NCBI GenBank assembly: GCA_019455325.1 | Contig: JACFMQ010000005.1 | Span: 143,017 to 207,016 of the forward strand | DNA: 64,000 bases | From: Rhodocyclaceae bacterium | Lineage (GTDB): Bacteria > Pseudomonadota > Gammaproteobacteria > Burkholderiales > Rhodocyclaceae | Direction: 5' to 3' | Shown here: piece after piece, positions 8,346 to 19,612 of the stretch | Position numbering within the stretch: the first letter of the stretch is position 1 | How the letters are laid out: every line of letters starts with the position of its first letter | Notes under the pieces: model-generated | Databases searched by the model: none | What the model was told of the DNA's origin: nothing | Seen by the model: the letters and a program-made list of their open reading frames with translations, nothing else | Made by a program: the position numbers and the translations under genes

Positions 8346-8371
8346 ACGACGCGGAAAAATATCAGGCCGGC
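8344..8371. repeat. direct repeat copy 2 (gaacgacgcggaaaaatatcaggccggc)
   Basis: See copy 1. Starts inside the ATPase stop codon and includes the fecR stop codon. Confidence 0.75.
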
Positions 8372-9312
8372 GCCACGGTGACCCAGTAGCGGGTGCGGTA
8401 GTCGATCCGTAGCGGGAAGCTGGCGGCGAGCAGGTCGAGGCTGCGCTGCGGTTCGAGGGCGGGGAAGGTGCCGGACACCCGCAGGTCGGCGACGGCGGGG
8501 TGGCAGCGCAGCAGGCCGGGGCGGTAGCGGTCGAGTTCGGCGACGAGCTCGGCGAGGCGCATGCGGCGGGCGACGATCATGCCGTTGATCCACGCGTCGT
8601 CGACGGCGCCGTCGGCGGCTTCCGGCCCGCCGGGGCCGGCCGGGCCGAAGACGATGCGCTGGCCGCGGTCCACCCGGCGCCGGATGCTGCCGGCGGCGAC
8701 TTCGACGGCGCCTTCGAAGACGGCGACGCGGCTGTTTTCCTCGCCGCCGGCGCGGCGGACCGAGAAGCGGGTGCCGATGGCGCGCGCCGTGCCGTCGGCG
8801 GTGGCGACGATGAGCGGGCGTGGGCGGGGCAGCGGGTCGGGGGCGCTGGTGACGAGGATTTCGCCGGCCAGAAGGCGGATCAGCCGTGTTTCGGCAGTGA
8901 AGCGCACGGCGATCTCGGTGGCCGTGTTGAGCAACAGCCGGGTGCCGTCGGCCAGCGTCAGCGGGCGCTGTTCGCCGGTGGCGCTCTGCCAGCGCTCGCC
9001 GGCAACGGAGAAGTGCCGCCAGGCCAGCCAGCCGGCCGGCAGCGCCGGAACCCAGGCCAGACGCAGCAGATGGCGGCGGCGGCCGTTTGGCCGTTCGAGG
9101 GCGGCGCGGACCGGGCCGGAAGGCAGTTGCCGGAGATCGCCGAGCAGGGCTTCGGCCCGTTGCCAGGCCTGCCCGTGGGCGGGGCTGGCGGTGCGCCAGC
9201 GTTCGACCGCCGCCCATTCCGCCGGGCCGGCGTCGCCGGCATGCAGGCGCATCAGCCAGTCGGCGGCTTCGCGCAGGATGGCGGGGTCGATGGCGCTTTC
9301 GCGGGCGTTCAT
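8362..9312 (-). CDS. fecR: FecR-family anti-sigma factor / transmembrane iron sensor
   Basis: 316 aa. N-terminal AILREAADWLMRLHAG...WRTASPAHGQAWQRAE is the FecR N-domain pattern. Start overlaps the fecI stop (ATGA). Confidence 0.85.
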   Translation of the reverse strand: MNARESAIDPAILREAADWLMRLHAGDAGPAEWAAVERWRTASPAHGQAWQRAEALLGDLRQLPSGPVRAALERPNGRRRHLLRLAWVPALPAGWLAWRHFSVAGERWQSATGEQRPLTLADGTRLLLNTATEIAVRFTAETRLIRLLAGEILVTSAPDPLPRPRPLIVATADGTARAIGTRFSVRRAGGEENSRVAVFEGAVEVAAGSIRRRVDRGQRIVFGPAGPGGPEAADGAVDDAWINGMIVARRMRLAELVAELDRYRPGLLRCHPAVADLRVSGTFPALEPQRSLDLLAASFPLRIDYRTRYWVTVAPA

Positions 9313-9809
9313 CCGACGCTCAGGCAGGCCAGGAAGGCTTTGCTCATGTGGCGCTTGACGGTGGGCAGCGAGATGCCCATTTCCGCGGCGATGTCGGTGT
9401 AGATCAGGCCGTCGAGCTGCGAGCGCAGGAAGATGCGCCGGGTGAGCGCCGGCAGCCCGCCCAGGCAGCGGTCGATGCGGAGCAGGGTTTCGAGGATCAG
9501 CAGGCGCTCCTCGGGCGACGGGGCGAGCGGCTCGGGCCGGGCGGCCAGGGCGTCGAGGTAGGCGCGCTCCAGCGCCAGCCGCCGCCAGTGATCGGCCATC
9601 AGGTTGCGCGCGATGGTGGTCAGATAGGCCCGCGGCTCCTGGCAGGGGACGGGTGCTTCGCGGCTGAGCAGGCGGACGAAGGTGTCGTGCGCCAGATCGG
9701 CGGCGCGGTGCGTGCAGCCCAGCTTCTTGCGCAGCCAGGCGTGCAGCCAGCCGTGGTGCGCGGCGTAGAGGTCGGCGACGGGGTGGGCCGGCGGGACGGC
9801 GGTACTCAT
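9309..9809 (-). CDS. fecI: ECF sigma factor, FecI-type
   Basis: 166 aa. Region 2 (DLAHDTFVRLL) and region 4 HTH (YTDIAAEMGISLPTVKRHMSKA). Confidence 0.85.
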   Translation of the reverse strand: MSTAVPPAHPVADLYAAHHGWLHAWLRKKLGCTHRAADLAHDTFVRLLSREAPVPCQEPRAYLTTIARNLMADHWRRLALERAYLDALAARPEPLAPSPEERLLILETLLRIDRCLGGLPALTRRIFLRSQLDGLIYTDIAAEMGISLPTVKRHMSKAFLACLSVG

Positions 9810-9867
9810 CGAAAACTCCGGAAGAGAACCTGGCGCTGGCTGCGGCGGGAACCGTTGGCTGGCAAAT

Positions 9868-9886
9868 CAGGAATAGTTCTCATTTT
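9868..9886. promoter_or_regulatory. candidate Fur box upstream of fecI
   Basis: On the reverse strand AATGAGAACTATT matches the AATGATAATCATT core at 10/13 positions. Lies ~60-75 nt upstream of the fecI start in an otherwise GC-rich spacer. Confidence 0.4.
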
Positions 9887-10093
9887 TGCCCGGCCGCGCA
9901 AAGGCGTCAATCCGGGGATGCGGGAGCGGCCGATCGGGTCATTCCGGGCGAGGCCGGATCGCGGGCCCGTTTCCCGCTCCGGCGCGGTAGCGGGACCGCG
10001 CTCGTCCGCAGGCTGCCGCCGGGCGGTTGGCGCGCCTCGGCGGTCGATGGGTTCGACGGAGACGCCGCTGCCGGTGCTGCGGCAGCGGGCCGT

Positions 10094-11542
10094 TCAGGAG
10101 AGCTTCTTCTTCAGCAGCTCGTTCACCTGCTGCGGATTGGCCTTGCCCTTGGTCGCCTTCATCGCCTGGCCGACCAGCGCGTTGAACGCCTTCTCCTTGC
10201 CGGCCTTGAACTCGGCGACCATCGCCGCGTTGGCGGCGAGCACTTCGTCGATCAACTGCTCGATGGCGCCGCTGTCGGTGATCTGCTTCAGGCCCTGCTT
10301 TTCGATGATCTCGTCGGCCGATGCGCCCTCGCCGTTCCACAGCGCCTCGAACACCTTCTTGGCGATGTTGTTCGAGATCGTGTTGTCGGCGATGCGCGCG
10401 ACCAGCCCGCCGAGCTGCGCGGCCGAGACCGGCGAGTCGGCCAGCTCGCGCTCGTCCCGGTTCAGGCGCGCGGCGAGGTCGACCATCACCCAGTTGGCGC
10501 AGGGCTTCGCCGCGGCCTTGCCGGCGACGGCGACCGTCGCCTCGTAGAAATCGGCGATTTCGAGCGAGGCGGTGAGCGTCGTCGCGTCGTAGGCCGACAG
10601 CCCGTAGTCGGCCATGAAGCGCCGCTTCTTCGCCGCCGGCAGTTCCGGCAGGGCGGCCTGCGTGCGCTCGACCCAGTCGCGCGGGATGAGCAGCGGCAGC
10701 AGGTCGGGGTCGGGGAAGTAGCGGTAGTCGTGCGCGTCCTCCTTGGTGCGCATGACGCGCGTCTCGCCGGTGTCCGGGTCGAAGAGCACGGTCGCCTGCT
10801 GGATGCGGCCGCCGTCTTCCAGCGTCTCGATCTGCCAGCGGATCTCGTAGTCGATGGCCTGCTGCAGGAAGCGGAAGGAATTCAGGTTCTTGATCTCGCG
10901 GCGGGTGCCGAGCGGCGCGCCGGGACGGCGCACGGAGACGTTGGCGTCGCAGCGGAACGAGCCTTCCTGCATGTTGCCGTCGCAGATGCCGATCCAGCGC
11001 ACCAGCGCGTGCAGCGCGCGGGCGTAGGCCACGGCCTCGGCTGAGGAACTCATGTCCGGCTCGGTGACGATTTCCAGCAGCGGCGTGCCGGCGCGGTTGA
11101 GGTCGATGCCGGATTTGCCGTGGAAATCCTCGTGCAGCGACTTGCCGGCGTCCTCTTCGAGATGCGCGCGCGTCAGATGCACGGTCTTCTCGTAGACCTG
11201 CTCGCCCTGCCCGACCTGGATGGCGACGCTGCCGCCGACTACCACCGGCAGCTCGAACTGGCTGATCTGGTAGCCCTTGGGCAGATCCGGATAGAAGTAA
11301 TTCTTGCGCGCGAACACCGACTTCGGCGCGATTTCGGCGCCGATGGCCAGGCCGAAGCGGATCGCGCATTCGACGGCGCCGCGGTTCAGCACCGGCAGCA
11401 CGCCGGGCAGCGCCAGGTCCACGGCGCAGGCCTGCGTGTTCGGCGCGGCGCCGAAGGCGGTCGAGGCGCCGGAAAAGATCTTCGAGCGGGTGGCGAGCTG
11501 TGCGTGCGTCTCGATGCCGATGACGACTTCCCAGTGGTTCAT
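10094..11542 (-). CDS. gatB: Asp-tRNA(Asn)/Glu-tRNA(Gln) amidotransferase subunit B
   Basis: 482 aa. [25 protein letters not shown]... is a canonical GatB N-terminus, and the C-terminal YqeY-like tail is present. Confidence 0.97.
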   Translation of the reverse strand: MNHWEVVIGIETHAQLATRSKIFSGASTAFGAAPNTQACAVDLALPGVLPVLNRGAVECAIRFGLAIGAEIAPKSVFARKNYFYPDLPKGYQISQFELPVVVGGSVAIQVGQGEQVYEKTVHLTRAHLEEDAGKSLHEDFHGKSGIDLNRAGTPLLEIVTEPDMSSSAEAVAYARALHALVRWIGICDGNMQEGSFRCDANVSVRRPGAPLGTRREIKNLNSFRFLQQAIDYEIRWQIETLEDGGRIQQATVLFDPDTGETRVMRTKEDAHDYRYFPDPDLLPLLIPRDWVERTQAALPELPAAKKRRFMADYGLSAYDATTLTASLEIADFYEATVAVAGKAAAKPCANWVMVDLAARLNRDERELADSPVSAAQLGGLVARIADNTISNNIAKKVFEALWNGEGASADEIIEKQGLKQITDSGAIEQLIDEVLAANAAMVAEFKAGKEKAFNALVGQAMKATKGKANPQQVNELLKKKLS

Positions 11543-11558
11543 ACGTTTTCCTACCTTG

Positions 11559-12104
11559 TCAGACGCAGCGGCCGGTCTTCCCGTCGATCAGGATCGGCCA
11601 CAGATATTCGTGGGCGTTGCGCTCGCACTTGGCGGCGCACTCGCTGAAGGCGACGGTGACGCGCGACGCCTGTTCCCAGACGCGCACCGCGCAGCCGCTG
11701 CCGTTGCCGTTCAGCGTCACCGGGTGGCGGCCCCTGTCCTGGGCGAAGTCCTTCATGTCGAAGCGGCAGACGCCGTGCTTCGGGATGTCGACCTCGGCGG
11801 CGAAGCGCTTCACCTCGTCCTCGTGCACCTGCAGGTCGAGCCGGCCGCGCGTGCCGGTGACCTCGTCGCGGAAGGTGCAGCGCGTCTTCACGTTGAGCGG
11901 CCTGATCGGCATCGGCTTCAGGTTGCGCCCGGCCAGGTGCTTGAGCGGCTGCGACTCGATGCGCGGCTTTTCGGCCTTCGGCGTCGCCGCCGGGGCGGGC
12001 TCCGAGGCTGCGGGCGGCGGCGCGGGCGGTTCCGGCGTCGCGCAGGCGCCGATCAGGGCGGCCAGCCCCGGCGCCGTGAAGCGGGCGAGCAGGCGCTTAC
12101 GCAT
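11559..12104 (-). CDS. hypothetical Cys-rich lipoprotein embedded in the gat operon
   Basis: 181 aa. Lipobox LAALIGAC, a Pro/Ala-rich linker, then six further Cys. Overlaps the gatA stop by 8 nt and ends 16 nt before the gatB start. Confidence 0.6.
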   Translation of the reverse strand: MRKRLLARFTAPGLAALIGACATPEPPAPPPAASEPAPAATPKAEKPRIESQPLKHLAGRNLKPMPIRPLNVKTRCTFRDEVTGTRGRLDLQVHEDEVKRFAAEVDIPKHGVCRFDMKDFAQDRGRHPVTLNGNGSGCAVRVWEQASRVTVAFSECAAKCERNAHEYLWPILIDGKTGRCV

Positions 12105-13556
12105 CGGGCGTTTTCAGGTGCCAGTCGGTGGCCTGCTGGTAGCGGTGCGCGACGTTGAGCAGGCGCGCTTCGGCGAAGTAGTCGCCGATCAGTTGCAGGC
12201 CGACCGGCAGACCGGCCGAGAAACCGCAGGGAATCGACATGCCGGGCAGGCCGGCGAGGTTCACGGCGATGGTGTAGATGTCCGAGAGGTACATCTGCAC
12301 CGGGTCGGCCGCCTTCTCGCCGAGGCCGAAGGCGGTGCACGGGCTGGTCGGTCCGAGGATCACGTCGCACTGCCTGAACGCCGCGACGAAGTCATCGGCG
12401 ATCAGCCGGCGGATGCGCTGCGCCTGCAGGTAATAGGCGTCGTAGTAGCCGTGCGAGAGCACGTAGGTGCCGATCAGGATGCGCCGCTTCACTTCGGCGC
12501 CGAAGCCCTGCGCGCGCGTCTTCCGGTACATGTCGTCGAGGTCGGCGTAGTCCGGCGCGCGGTAGCCGTAGCGCACGCCGTCGTAGCGCGACAGGTTGGA
12601 GCTGGCCTCGGCCGGGGCGATCACGTAGTAGGCCGGGACCGCCAGCCGCATGTTCGGCAGCGAGACCTCGACCGTCTCGGCGCCGAGCCGGCGGTATTCG
12701 GCGATGGCTTCCTGCACGCAGGCCATGACGCCGGCGTCGCAGCCTTCGCCGAAGAATTCCTTGGGCAGGCCGATCTTCAGTCCGGAAAGCGGTTTTTCAC
12801 CGACGTTCGCCGCCAGTTCGCGGCAATAGTCTTCCGTTTCGCGTTCGAGCGAGGTCGAATCCCGGTCGTCGAAGCCGGCCATGGCGTTCAGCATCAGGCC
12901 GCAGTCTTCGGCCGTGCGCGCCATCGGCCCGGCCTGGTCGAGCGAGGAGGCGAAGGCGATCATGCCCCAGCGGCTGACCACGCCGTAGGTCGGCTTCAGC
13001 CCCGTCAGGTTGCACAGCGCCGCCGGCTGGCGGATCGAGCCGCCGGTGTCGGTGCCGGTGGCGGCCGGCGCCATCAGCGCGGCCACCGCCGCCGCCGAGC
13101 CGCCGGAGGAGCCGCCGGGCACGCGCGTCCGGTCCCAGGGGTTCCTCACCGGGCCGAAGTGCGAGGTTTCGTTCGACGAGCCCATGGCGAACTCGTCCAT
13201 GTTCGTCTTGCCGAGGTTCACCGCGCCGGCGGCGGCGAATTTCTCGATCACCGTCGCGTCGTAGGGGCTGACGAAGTCGCCGAGCATCTTCGAGCCGCAG
13301 GTGGTGCGCCAGCCCTCGGCGCAGAAGATGTCCTTCTGCGCGATCGGGATGCCGGTCAGCGCCCCCCCCTCCCCGGCGGCGAGCCGCGCGTCCGCGGCGC
13401 GCGCCTGGGCCAGGCTCCGCTCCGCGTCGACGGTGATGAAGGCGTTGATCTCCGGGTTCAGCCGGGCGATGCGGTCGAGGTGGAGCTGCGTCAGCTCGAC
13501 CGACGAGATTTCCCGGCCGGCGAGCGCGGCGCCGAGTTCCTTGAGTGTCCTGCCGA

Positions 13557-13560
<4 letters not shown>
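12097..13560 (-). CDS. gatA: Glu-tRNA(Gln) amidotransferase subunit A
   Basis: Start [15 protein letters not shown] at 13560, within ORF 12097..14265. Amidase signature [13 protein letters not shown]. Confidence 0.97.
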
Positions 13561-15009
<1,449 letters not shown>

Positions 15010-15108
15010 GGCGCCGCCGGGCTCGCCATGGCCGTGTCGCAGCACCCGATTCCGGATTCTCCCGCCCCGGTCGCCGTCCGTCCTTCCGTCGTCTCGCCGT
15101 CCTGATCC

Positions 15109-16044
15109 GTGGCCGCCTTCGATCACACGCCTCCGCCCTTCTTCAAGCGTGGGCCGGCGCCGCTGGCCATGCTGACGCTGTACGTCGCGCTCGCCGTCTC
15201 GCTGCTCGTGCTCGACGCCAAGTTCCACTACCTCGACCTGCTGCGCCAGGCGCTGGCCGTGGTCACGCACCCGCTGCAGCAACTGGCGCACGCGCCGGCG
15301 CGCGGGCTGGCGCAGGCCGGTGAATACCTGCAGAGCGTCGATACGCTGCACGACGAGAACCAGCGCCTGAAGCGCACCCGCCTCGAAAGCGCGCCGCTGA
15401 TGCTGCGCCTGCAGCAGCTCGAAGTGGAGAATGCGCGCCTGCGCCGGCTGCTCGCGGTCAGGGAACGGCAGTCGGCGGGCGGCCAGGTGGCGCAGGTGCT
15501 CTACGCGGCGCGCGATCCGTTCTCGCGCCGCATCGTCGTGGACAAGGGGCAGCAGGACAAGATCGTCGCCGGCCTGCCGGTGGTCGACGACGCCGGCATC
15601 GTCGGCCAGGTGACGCGCGTCTATCCCTTCGTCTCGGAGGTCACGCTGATCACCGGCAAGGATCAGGCGGTGCCCGTCCAGATCGTCCGCAACGGGCTGC
15701 GCTCGGTCGTCTTCGGCCTCGGCAACGGCCAGCTCGAACTGCGCTTCATGCCGGCCAACGCCGACGTGCAGGAAGGCGACGTGCTCGTCACCTCCGGGCT
15801 CGACGGCGTCTTCCTGCCGGGCTTCCCGGTCGCCCGCGTGCTCAAGGTCGAGCGTGACAGCTCGTATTCCTTCGCGCGCATCCTCTGCGTGCCGGTGGCC
15901 GGCGTCGAGAACTTCGGCGAGGTGATGATCCTCGCCCAGCGCGAGGCGCCGCCGCCGCTGCCCGATCCGGCCGAGGCGGTCGACGGCGCGCCCGAGGAGA
16001 CGGTCGTGAAGACGCGCAAGACGCGGCCGCTGCGCCGGCCCTGA
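15109..16044 (+). CDS. mreC: rod-shape-determining protein MreC
   Basis: 311 aa, GTG start. TM segment, coiled coil (LQQLEVENARLRRLL), then a beta-rich domain. Confidence 0.9.
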   Translation: MAAFDHTPPPFFKRGPAPLAMLTLYVALAVSLLVLDAKFHYLDLLRQALAVVTHPLQQLAHAPARGLAQAGEYLQSVDTLHDENQRLKRTRLESAPLMLRLQQLEVENARLRRLLAVRERQSAGGQVAQVLYAARDPFSRRIVVDKGQQDKIVAGLPVVDDAGIVGQVTRVYPFVSEVTLITGKDQAVPVQIVRNGLRSVVFGLGNGQLELRFMPANADVQEGDVLVTSGLDGVFLPGFPVARVLKVERDSSYSFARILCVPVAGVENFGEVMILAQREAPPPLPDPAEAVDGAPEETVVKTRKTRPLRRP

Positions 16045-16063
16045 CGCCGAAGGAACGAGATCG

Positions 16064-16585
16064 ATGCAGACCACCTTCACCTCCTCCCGCATCCTGCTGC
16101 CGGTCCGGCCGTGGTTCATCGCCCTGTCGCTGATCGTCGCGCTGCTCCTCAACATGCTGCCGACCGCCTGGTGGCCGGGCGTGCCGGACTGGGTGGCGCT
16201 GGTCCTCTGCTTCTGGAGCGTGCGCGAGTTCCGCAAGGTCGGCATGGGCTGGGCCTTTCTCCTCGGCCTGGCGATGGACGTCGCCGACGCCAGCCTGATG
16301 GGCCAGCATGCGCTCGCCTACGTGCTGCTCGCCTACGGCGCCTCGTCGCTGTCGCGGCGCGTGCTGTGGTTCCCGCTGCTGCAGCAGGCGCTGCAGATCC
16401 TGCCGCTGCTTGCCATCGTGCCGCTGATCCAGGTCGGCGTGCGCATGCTCGCCGGCAGCGATTTCCCCGGCCTCGGCTTCTTCGTCTGGCCGCTGGTCGC
16501 GGCCGTGCTCTGGGCGCCGCTGTCGCTGCTGCTGCTGCTGCCGCAGTACCAGCCGGTGGAGCACGATGCCAACCGTCCGATCTGA
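16064..16585 (+). CDS. mreD: rod-shape-determining protein MreD
   Basis: 173 aa polytopic membrane protein immediately after mreC. Confidence 0.85.
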   Translation: MQTTFTSSRILLPVRPWFIALSLIVALLLNMLPTAWWPGVPDWVALVLCFWSVREFRKVGMGWAFLLGLAMDVADASLMGQHALAYVLLAYGASSLSRRVLWFPLLQQALQILPLLAIVPLIQVGVRMLAGSDFPGLGFFVWPLVAAVLWAPLSLLLLLPQYQPVEHDANRPI

Positions 16586-16598
16586 GCCCTGAACGAGC

Positions 16599-18503
16599 AT
16601 GCGCCGACGCTACGACGCATTCCACCAGCAGGACGGCGACTTCGACCGTTTCCGCTTCCGCGTCGGCTTCGCCGCCGTCGCCGTGCTGTTCGCCTTCTCG
16701 ATCCTGTTCGCCCGCTTCTTCTGGCTGCAGGTGATGCACCACGACTACTACGCGACGCGCGCCGAGGGCAACCGCATCTCGCTGGTGCCGGTGGCGCCCA
16801 GCCGCGGCGTCATCGTCGACCGCAACGGCGCCGTGCTGGCGCGCAACTATTCGGCGTTCACGCTGGAGATCACGCCGTCGCGCGTGCGCGACCTGGAAGC
16901 GACGATCGATTCGCTGGCCGGGCTGATCGAGATCCAGGCGAAGGACCGCAAGCGTTTCAGGAAGCTGATGGAGGAGTCGAAGAACTTCGAGTCGATCCCG
17001 ATCCGCACGCGGCTCACCGACAAGGAAGTCGCCACCTTCGCCGCCAACCGCTTCCGCCACCCCGGCGTCGAGGTCAAGGCGAGGCTGTTCCGCCAGTACC
17101 CGCAGGGCGACGTCGGCTCGCACGCGCTCGGCTACATCGGCCGGGTCAACGACCGCGACCTGGCGACCATCGAGACCGCCGGCCAGGACGCCAACTACAA
17201 GGGCACCGACCATTTCGGCAAGACCGGCCTGGAGCAGAAGTACGAGTTCGACCTGCACGGCCAGGCCGGCTACGAGGAGGTGGAGGTGGACGCCGGCGGC
17301 CGCGCCGTGCGCATCCTGTCGCGCACCGCGCCGGTGCCCGGCCGGAACCTGACGCTGACGCTGGACATCAAGCTGCAGGAAGTCACCGAGCGGGCCTTCG
17401 GCGACCGCCGCGGCGCGCTGGTGGCGATCGAGCCGGAGACCGGCGGCATCCTGGCCATGGTGTCGACGCCGACCTTCGATCCGAACCTCTTCGTCGACGG
17501 CATCCGCACCGAGGACTGGGAACGGCTGAACAACGACCCCGACAAGCCGATGATCAACCGGGCGATCTACGGCGCCTATCCGCCGGGCTCGACCTTCAAG
17601 CCGTTCATGGCGCTGGCGGCGCTGGAGGCGGGCAAGCGCACGCCGCAGCAGACGATCGCCGATCCCGGCCTCTTCAACTTCGGCGGCCACGTCTTCATGG
17701 ACGACAAGAAGGGCGGGCACGGCCTGGTCGACATGTACAAGTCGATCGTGCAATCGTGCAACACCTACTACTACATCCTGGCCAACGACCTGGGCATCGA
17801 CGGCATCTCCGGCTTCATGCGCCTGTTCGGCTTCGGCCAGCGCACCGGCGTCGACATCGACGGCGAGGCCGAGGGCGTGCTGCCGTCGCCGGAGTGGAAG
17901 CGGCGGCGCTTCAAGAATCCGGAGCAGCAGAAGTGGTACGCCGGCGAGACGATCTCGGTCGGCATCGGCCAGGGCTACAACGCCTACACCATGATGCAAC
18001 TGGCGCAGGCCACCGCCACGCTGGCCAACGACGGCGTGATGTACCGCCCGCACCTGGTCAAGTACATCACCGATCCGATGACCGGCGAGCGCACGATGAT
18101 CGAGCCGGAGCCGCTGCGCCGCCTGCCGTTCAAGCAGCAGAACATCGACGTCATCAAGCGTGCGCTGGTCGGCGTGACCAAGGAGGGCACCGGCGCCCGC
18201 GCCTTCGCCGGCGCCGAGTACGAGGCCGCCGGCAAGACCGGTACGGCGCAGGTGTTCAGCCTGCGCGGCGAGAAGTACGTGGCCGGCAAGGTGCACGAGC
18301 GGCGCCGCGACCACGCGCTGTTCATGGCCTATGCGCCGGCCGACAAGCCGAGGATCGCGCTCGCCGTGCTCGTCGAGAACGGCGGCTTCGGCGCCCAGTC
18401 GGCGGCGCCGATCGCGCGCATGGTCTTCGACTACTACCTGCTCGGCAAGCTGCCCAAGGGCGCCGCGCAGGAGGACGAAAGCGCCGTGGAGGCCGACGAA
18501 TGA
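16599..18503 (+). CDS. mrdA: penicillin-binding protein 2 (elongasome transpeptidase)
   Basis: 634 aa. STFK active-site motif (PPGSTFKPF), KTGT motif (AGKTGTAQV). Confidence 0.95.
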   Translation: MRRRYDAFHQQDGDFDRFRFRVGFAAVAVLFAFSILFARFFWLQVMHHDYYATRAEGNRISLVPVAPSRGVIVDRNGAVLARNYSAFTLEITPSRVRDLEATIDSLAGLIEIQAKDRKRFRKLMEESKNFESIPIRTRLTDKEVATFAANRFRHPGVEVKARLFRQYPQGDVGSHALGYIGRVNDRDLATIETAGQDANYKGTDHFGKTGLEQKYEFDLHGQAGYEEVEVDAGGRAVRILSRTAPVPGRNLTLTLDIKLQEVTERAFGDRRGALVAIEPETGGILAMVSTPTFDPNLFVDGIRTEDWERLNNDPDKPMINRAIYGAYPPGSTFKPFMALAALEAGKRTPQQTIADPGLFNFGGHVFMDDKKGGHGLVDMYKSIVQSCNTYYYILANDLGIDGISGFMRLFGFGQRTGVDIDGEAEGVLPSPEWKRRRFKNPEQQKWYAGETISVGIGQGYNAYTMMQLAQATATLANDGVMYRPHLVKYITDPMTGERTMIEPEPLRRLPFKQQNIDVIKRALVGVTKEGTGARAFAGAEYEAAGKTGTAQVFSLRGEKYVAGKVHERRRDHALFMAYAPADKPRIALAVLVENGGFGAQSAAPIARMVFDYYLLGKLPKGAAQEDESAVEADE

Positions 18504-19612
18504 TCGCCTGGCAGCATCTCGCCCGCCGCCTCTGGCACGGCGCCGTCGACCATCTCGACGCGCCGCTGTTGACGATCACCTTCTGCCTGATGGGCGTCGG
18601 CCTGGCGACGATCTTCTCCGCCACCTACGACAGCGAGAACCGCATCCTCAACCAGCTCGTGAACATGGCGGTCGCCCTCAGCCTGATGTGGGCCGTCGCC
18701 CAGGTGCCGCCGCAGAAGCTGATGCGCTTCGCCGTGCCGCTCTACGTCGGCGGCCTGTTCCTGCTCGTCCTCGTCTTCATGTTCGGCATCACCGTAAACG
18801 GCGCCCAGCGCTGGCTGCACATCGGCATCACCCGCATCCAGCCCTCCGAGATCATGAAGCTCGCCATGCCGCTGATGCTCGCCTGGTACTTCCACAGCCA
18901 CGAGGCGAACCTGAAGCTGCGCCATTACCTCATCGCCGCGCTGCTGCTCGCCGTGCCCTTCCTGCTCGTCGCCAAGCAGCCGGACCTCGGCACCGCCATC
19001 CTGATCGGCGCCGCCGGCTTCTACGTCCTCTTCTTCGCCGGCCTGCAGTGGAAGATCATGATCGGGCTGGCCGCCGCCGGCCTCGCCGCCGCGCCCTTCC
19101 TCTGGCACATGCTGCACGACTACCAGCGCCGGCGCATCATGACCCTGATCGATCCGACCTCCGACCCGCTCGGCTCCGGCTACCACATCATCCAGTCGAC
19201 GATCGCCATCGGCTCCGGCGGCAGCGCCGGCAAGGGCTGGCTGCAGGGCACGCAGACGCACCTCGAATTCATCCCGGAGAAGCACACCGACTTCATCTTC
19301 GCCGTCTTCGCCGAGGAGTGGGGGCTGCTCGGCAACCTCGTGCTGCTCGTCCTCTACCTGCTGCTGATCGGCCGCGGCATGATGATCGCGGTGAACGCCT
19401 CGACCCTCTTCGCTCGCCTGCTCGCCGGCTCGATCACCCTCAGCCTGTTCACCTACGTCTTCATCAACATCGGCATGGTCACCGGCATGCTGCCGGTGGT
19501 CGGCGTGCCGCTGCCGTTCATGAGCTACGGCGGCACGGCGCTGGTCACGCTGTGCACCGGCCTCGGCATCCTGATGAGCATCCAGACGCATCGCATGCTG
19601 GTGAAGAAATGA
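18500..19612 (+). CDS. rodA: SEDS peptidoglycan polymerase RodA
   Basis: ATG 18500 overlaps the mrdA stop (ATGA). MIAWQHLARRLWHGAVDHLDAPLL..., polytopic, with the SEDS C-terminal pattern PLPFMSYGG. Confidence 0.95.
   Translation: MIAWQHLARRLWHGAVDHLDAPLLTITFCLMGVGLATIFSATYDSENRILNQLVNMAVALSLMWAVAQVPPQKLMRFAVPLYVGGLFLLVLVFMFGITVNGAQRWLHIGITRIQPSEIMKLAMPLMLAWYFHSHEANLKLRHYLIAALLLAVPFLLVAKQPDLGTAILIGAAGFYVLFFAGLQWKIMIGLAAAGLAAAPFLWHMLHDYQRRRIMTLIDPTSDPLGSGYHIIQSTIAIGSGGSAGKGWLQGTQTHLEFIPEKHTDFIFAVFAEEWGLLGNLVLLVLYLLLIGRGMMIAVNASTLFARLLAGSITLSLFTYVFINIGMVTGMLPVVGVPLPFMSYGGTALVTLCTGLGILMSIQTHRMLVKK

Noticed and set aside
16149-18314. 721-aa minus-strand ORF opposite mreD/mrdA
   Set aside because: Antisense shadow ORF with no motifs.
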